A stretch of DNA of 64,000 bases from an uncultured Nitrospiraceae bacterium (GTDB lineage: Bacteria > Nitrospirota > Nitrospiria > Nitrospirales > Nitrospiraceae), in NCBI GenBank assembly GCA_963846575.1, contig CAWJWJ010000001.1, forward strand, positions 736,001-800,000. The letters run 5' to 3'. How positions within the stretch are numbered: the stretch's first letter is position 1; every line of letters starts with the position of its first letter. A program made the position numbers and the translations under genes. Below, in pieces: positions 60,766-64,000 of this stretch. Under the pieces are notes generated by a model that saw only the letters and a program-made list of their open reading frames with translations, was not told the origin of the DNA and did no database searches.

Positions 60766-61293
60766 TCACACCTTCAGGGCGTCCTTCACTTCTTTCGGCT
60801 GAGTGAGGAACACGCGTTTCTGCATGATGCGCTCTTGAAGCTTGAGAATGCCATCAAATAGGGCCTCTGGAGTCGGGGGACAGCCAGGCACATAAATATC
60901 CACCGGCACAAACCGGTCGACTCCTTGGACCACGCTATAACTGTCATAAATGTTGCCGGATGTGGCGCACGAGCCCATGGCAATCACATACTTCGGCTCC
61001 GGCATCTGGTCATAAATCTTGCGAATGACCGGAGCCATGCGTCGACAGACGGTACCGGCGACGATCATCAGATCGGATTGGCGCGGAGAGGCCCGAAACA
61101 CGCCCGCTCCATATCGATCCATGTCGTAACGGGAGGAAACTGCAGCGATCATTTCAATAGCGCAGCAGGCCAAACCAAATGTCATAGGCCATAAGGAACC
61201 CTTTCGAGCCCAGTTGACGGCCTTTTCAACGGTCAATGTAATGACATCGGGAGTTCCGTCCTTCTCGCGGCCTCCCAGCTGAATCAGTCCCAT
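60766..61293 (-). CDS. nuoB: NADH-quinone oxidoreductase subunit B
   Basis: [19 protein letters not shown]. Confidence 0.97.
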   Translation of the reverse strand: MGLIQLGGREKDGTPDVITLTVEKAVNWARKGSLWPMTFGLACCAIEMIAAVSSRYDMDRYGAGVFRASPRQSDLMIVAGTVCRRMAPVIRKIYDQMPEPKYVIAMGSCATSGNIYDSYSVVQGVDRFVPVDIYVPGCPPTPEALFDGILKLQERIMQKRVFLTQPKEVKDALKV

Positions 61294-61667
61294 TCCAAAG
61301 CTCCTTTTCGCCAGGCATAGACATAGGCGACGAGGAAGAGTCCGATGAAAACCAACATTTCCACAAGCCCGATCAGACCGATCTTGTTGAACACGATGGC
61401 CCAGGGATACAAGAAGATGACTTCCACATCGAAAATGACGAACAGCATGGCGAAGATATAGTACCGAACGGGAAAAGGCATGCGAGCATCAGAAAATGGT
61501 TCAGAGCCGCATTCATAGGTAGACAGTTTCTCAGGCTCCGGATACCTGGGCTGAACGAAATAGCTGATCAATAGGGTGCCTGCGCCAAATGCAAAGGCGA
61601 TGAATACGAAGAGCAGAATAGGAAAATATCGGCTCAGGTATTCTAATAGCAGCTCTGAACCAGCCAT
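61284..61667 (-). CDS. nuoA: NADH-quinone oxidoreductase subunit A
   Basis: YECG, FVIFDVE..FLYPWA, KGALEW. Confidence 0.96.
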   Translation of the reverse strand: MAGSELLLEYLSRYFPILLFVFIAFAFGAGTLLISYFVQPRYPEPEKLSTYECGSEPFSDARMPFPVRYYIFAMLFVIFDVEVIFLYPWAIVFNKIGLIGLVEMLVFIGLFLVAYVYAWRKGALEWD

Positions 61668-61719
61668 GGACACGAACCTTAATAGGTTTGAGGGCTTATA
61701 AGCTAATAAGGAGGACGGA

Positions 61720-61749
61720 ATCTTAGCCCTTGGCCATTTTTAATAGCAA
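61720..61749 (-). promoter_or_regulatory. candidate nuo promoter
   Basis: Minus strand TTGCTA-18 nt-TAAGAT. Confidence 0.4.
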
Positions 61750-61859
61750 GCGCACAAAGGACCTAGGCCATCAGTCCCTAAAGTCCTAGAATGCGAATAC
61801 TGTCCGATAGTTAGGAGGTCATCCGCATCTTGCCGGGGAGCCAATCCGAATAGCGGTAT

Positions 61860-62108
61860 CGTGAGCCCTCACGCCGGCGATTAGCTGGAGTGCGGTTTAT
61901 TCGCGGATCGTGGCATCATTTTGTTGGGCGGGGTTCTCAACTCACTTGGTGGAGACCCGGCAGTGATATCCCATTCGGAGGCCAGGGGGGTTGCAGGCCG
62001 AACTTTGGTTCTGCGGGGCACTTGAGTATTGATTCGCCGCTTCTCCGTTCCCATGCCCTGACCTCTCTCAACGCCACTGCACCAAGGGTTTTGCTAATAC
62101 GGCTCACG
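61860..62108 (-). ncRNA. candidate structured ncRNA (unassigned)
   Basis: Nested long-range complementary segments; TGnTATCGT extended -10 just upstream on the minus strand. Confidence 0.3.
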
Positions 62109-62238
62109 GCAGGTGCAGAAGTTACGATAGCACCCGCTGCCTGCATCAATCAAACGATCAGGCGGCCGTTCTGTTTCTTGACAACCTTCTGCTGTTTGAT
62201 AAGGTTGCTACAGGCAAACCCTCCCAGGTGTGATCACT

Positions 62239-63798
62239 ATGAGGATATTACCCATGCGCGCCAGTCTGATTATCCTATCTTGCAGCCTCGCGGCCACTAC
62301 GGCCATACCAACCTATGCTCAGAACGCTCAGAGCGTGCGGTTGGGTGAAGTCGCTTTGACCTTTGCCGCCGGGTCTATCAGGCAGGAGATGCCCTTGGAG
62401 GGAGTCGTCAATGTAATCACGGGGGATAATCAGACCTCCGGCAACCGAATGATGATCGGTTGGACGGGGACGGATACGCTATATCTCAAACTGAAAAATC
62501 CCGGTGACGCGGCCCTCGGCGATCTCTACACAGTCTACCGCCGCTCAAGTAAGGTGTTTCATCCCATCACTAAGCAGTACCTCGGGTATATCATCAACCG
62601 ACTGGGCGTAGTGGAAGTGATCCAATTGGATCCGAAGCTGGTTGGGGTGCGCGTCGTTCGATCTTACTCCCCGATTTCGCCTGGCGATGCGGTGATGCGG
62701 TTTACGCCGCCGGCTATGGAGCATGAGGTCGATACCGGTACGCCCGCAGGTGATGTCGAGGCGATGGTTATCGCATTGCAGGCCGACAAGAACATGTCAC
62801 TCGTATCTCAGGGAAATCTGGTCTACATCGACAGGGGACGAGCGGACGGTCTCCGCGCGGGTGATTTCCTGGAGGTGATTCGCACTGGTGGCGGCTTACC
62901 CGAGCGGAGGGTCGGCACTGTGAAAGTTCTCTCGACGGAGCCCCACACGGCCGCGACGGTGTTATCCCAAGCGACATCACGAGTGCTGGTTGGCGATCGA
63001 CTCCGGTCCAAAGCGGTATCTTTAATGGAGGCCATGTCGTCTGGAAGTGGGGACGCGAATGGTTCGTCAGCCCTTGTGCAGCGGGAGAAGGTAGCGAGTG
63101 TGGGAAGCGTGCCTCTTCCAGTAGATCCTCAATTCCTCAGCAACGTACGCATCGATCGCGCGCGTCGAGGGACGGTCATCAATCTGGATGACCTGGCGGA
63201 TCAGCTGGAGTATGAATCAGGAGAAGTGAAGGTGATGCCCGCGGGCATACCCATTCTCCAGCAGTTGACCGATTACTTAAAGGCGACGGCCCTCCATCAG
63301 CAGGTTCGAGTGGAAGGTCATTCTGACAATATGGAGATCGGTCCAACACTCAAGGGCCGGTTTCCCACCAATTGGGAGTTGTCCAAAGCGCGCGCGGCCG
63401 GTATCGTGCGATATCTCATCGAGAAGGGTGGCATGGACTCGGCCAAAATTTCTGCGGTTGGATATGGAGCCAGTCGCCCCGTCGCGAGCAATGCGACCGA
63501 TGAGGGCCGCAGGAAAAACCGCCGCATTGAGCTCGTCATCGAAACGTCTGAAGAGGTACCGACGGCACAGCCGGTGAGCACCCCTCTACCTGAGGAACGA
63601 TCCAACGCAGCGCAGGTGAGTTTTAACGAAACGGACGTGCAGCCGATTGATCAGGCAGGTTCGGCACCAACGCCCGCAACTTCGTTTGAACCTGCCGCTT
63701 CAGATGCACAGTTGGATCGTGGCGCTCCTCCTGCGGAAATGGCTCCACCCGGCGCGTCGACGGGAGCAGAGCCTACGACCGTTCAGCCTGGGTTATAG
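62239..63798 (+). CDS. secreted protein with FlgT-C-like beta domain and OmpA/MotB peptidoglycan-binding domain
   Basis: Signal peptide; VYIDRG..DGL..GD; VEGHSDN, NWELSKARA, GYGASRP, KNRRIE. Confidence 0.85.
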   Translation: MRILPMRASLIILSCSLAATTAIPTYAQNAQSVRLGEVALTFAAGSIRQEMPLEGVVNVITGDNQTSGNRMMIGWTGTDTLYLKLKNPGDAALGDLYTVYRRSSKVFHPITKQYLGYIINRLGVVEVIQLDPKLVGVRVVRSYSPISPGDAVMRFTPPAMEHEVDTGTPAGDVEAMVIALQADKNMSLVSQGNLVYIDRGRADGLRAGDFLEVIRTGGGLPERRVGTVKVLSTEPHTAATVLSQATSRVLVGDRLRSKAVSLMEAMSSGSGDANGSSALVQREKVASVGSVPLPVDPQFLSNVRIDRARRGTVINLDDLADQLEYESGEVKVMPAGIPILQQLTDYLKATALHQQVRVEGHSDNMEIGPTLKGRFPTNWELSKARAAGIVRYLIEKGGMDSAKISAVGYGASRPVASNATDEGRRKNRRIELVIETSEEVPTAQPVSTPLPEERSNAAQVSFNETDVQPIDQAGSAPTPATSFEPAASDAQLDRGAPPAEMAPPGASTGAEPTTVQPGL

Positions 63799-64000
63799 AT
63801 AACCGCGTCGGCTGGATTCTCTCCCGGGATGCCGGTCGCCCGACAAGTCTTCTGTTTTCAGGGTTCGCTCAGAAGCCTTCCGCAGTGCGAGATGCCCTGA
63901 ACCTCTTTCCATCTAGTCCGTCATTGTTGCCCATATCCTGTGTTGCTAGAATAGTGGATGCTCGACCAGCGTCCATCTGCGGCATCTACCGCTCCCGCTA

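Noticed and set aside
61860..62108. Assignment of the structured region as tmRNA or a cobalamin riboswitch
   Set aside because: CTCCACCA is present on the minus strand but there is no T-arm or tag ORF, and no B12-box

Overview
A gene-dense bacterial chromosomal window, probably from a Nitrospira-like nitrifier. That assignment is inferred from the 2M-type complex I, the expanded secreted FGE-domain proteins and the small CxxCGG..CxxCG..DPVI proteins. Contents in order: tandem DUF4412-like genes; a 1.3 kb intergenic region with two similarly built promoter/hairpin/micro-ORF units; GDPD; a CBS-PCD-B12 radical SAM (CX7CX2C) operon; an AhpD-like gene; suhB; a coiled-coil/winged-helix gene with an unannotated 18-aa Lys/Ala micro-protein; lpxC with a sigma54-type promoter; rplI-glyA-nrdR followed by a Rossmann-sensor two-component pair; a degenerate helicase; tRNA-Leu(CAG) with an integrase remnant and small-protein islet; a methyltransferase/GT2/SGNH trio; rnhA; and a Dps pseudogene. 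From about 24.8 to 41.2 kb lies a locus headed by a B12-binding CarH/LitR-type regulator with visible operator repeats. It encodes three secreted FGE-fold proteins lacking catalytic cysteines, photolyase, DUF523-DUF1722 (RudS-like), a CbiX-like protein and a furan-fatty-acid-type module. Then come pyrE, rhodanese, a CHASE3 phosphorelay, and a 2M complex I operon (nuoABCD-G-I-J-[SMR]-K-L-M-M-N) that lacks nuoE/F/H and has a Gdx/SugE-type SMR transporter between nuoJ and nuoK. A candidate structured RNA lies upstream of nuoA, and an OmpA/MotB-domain gene ends the window. All calls come from reading motifs by eye; no searches were run.
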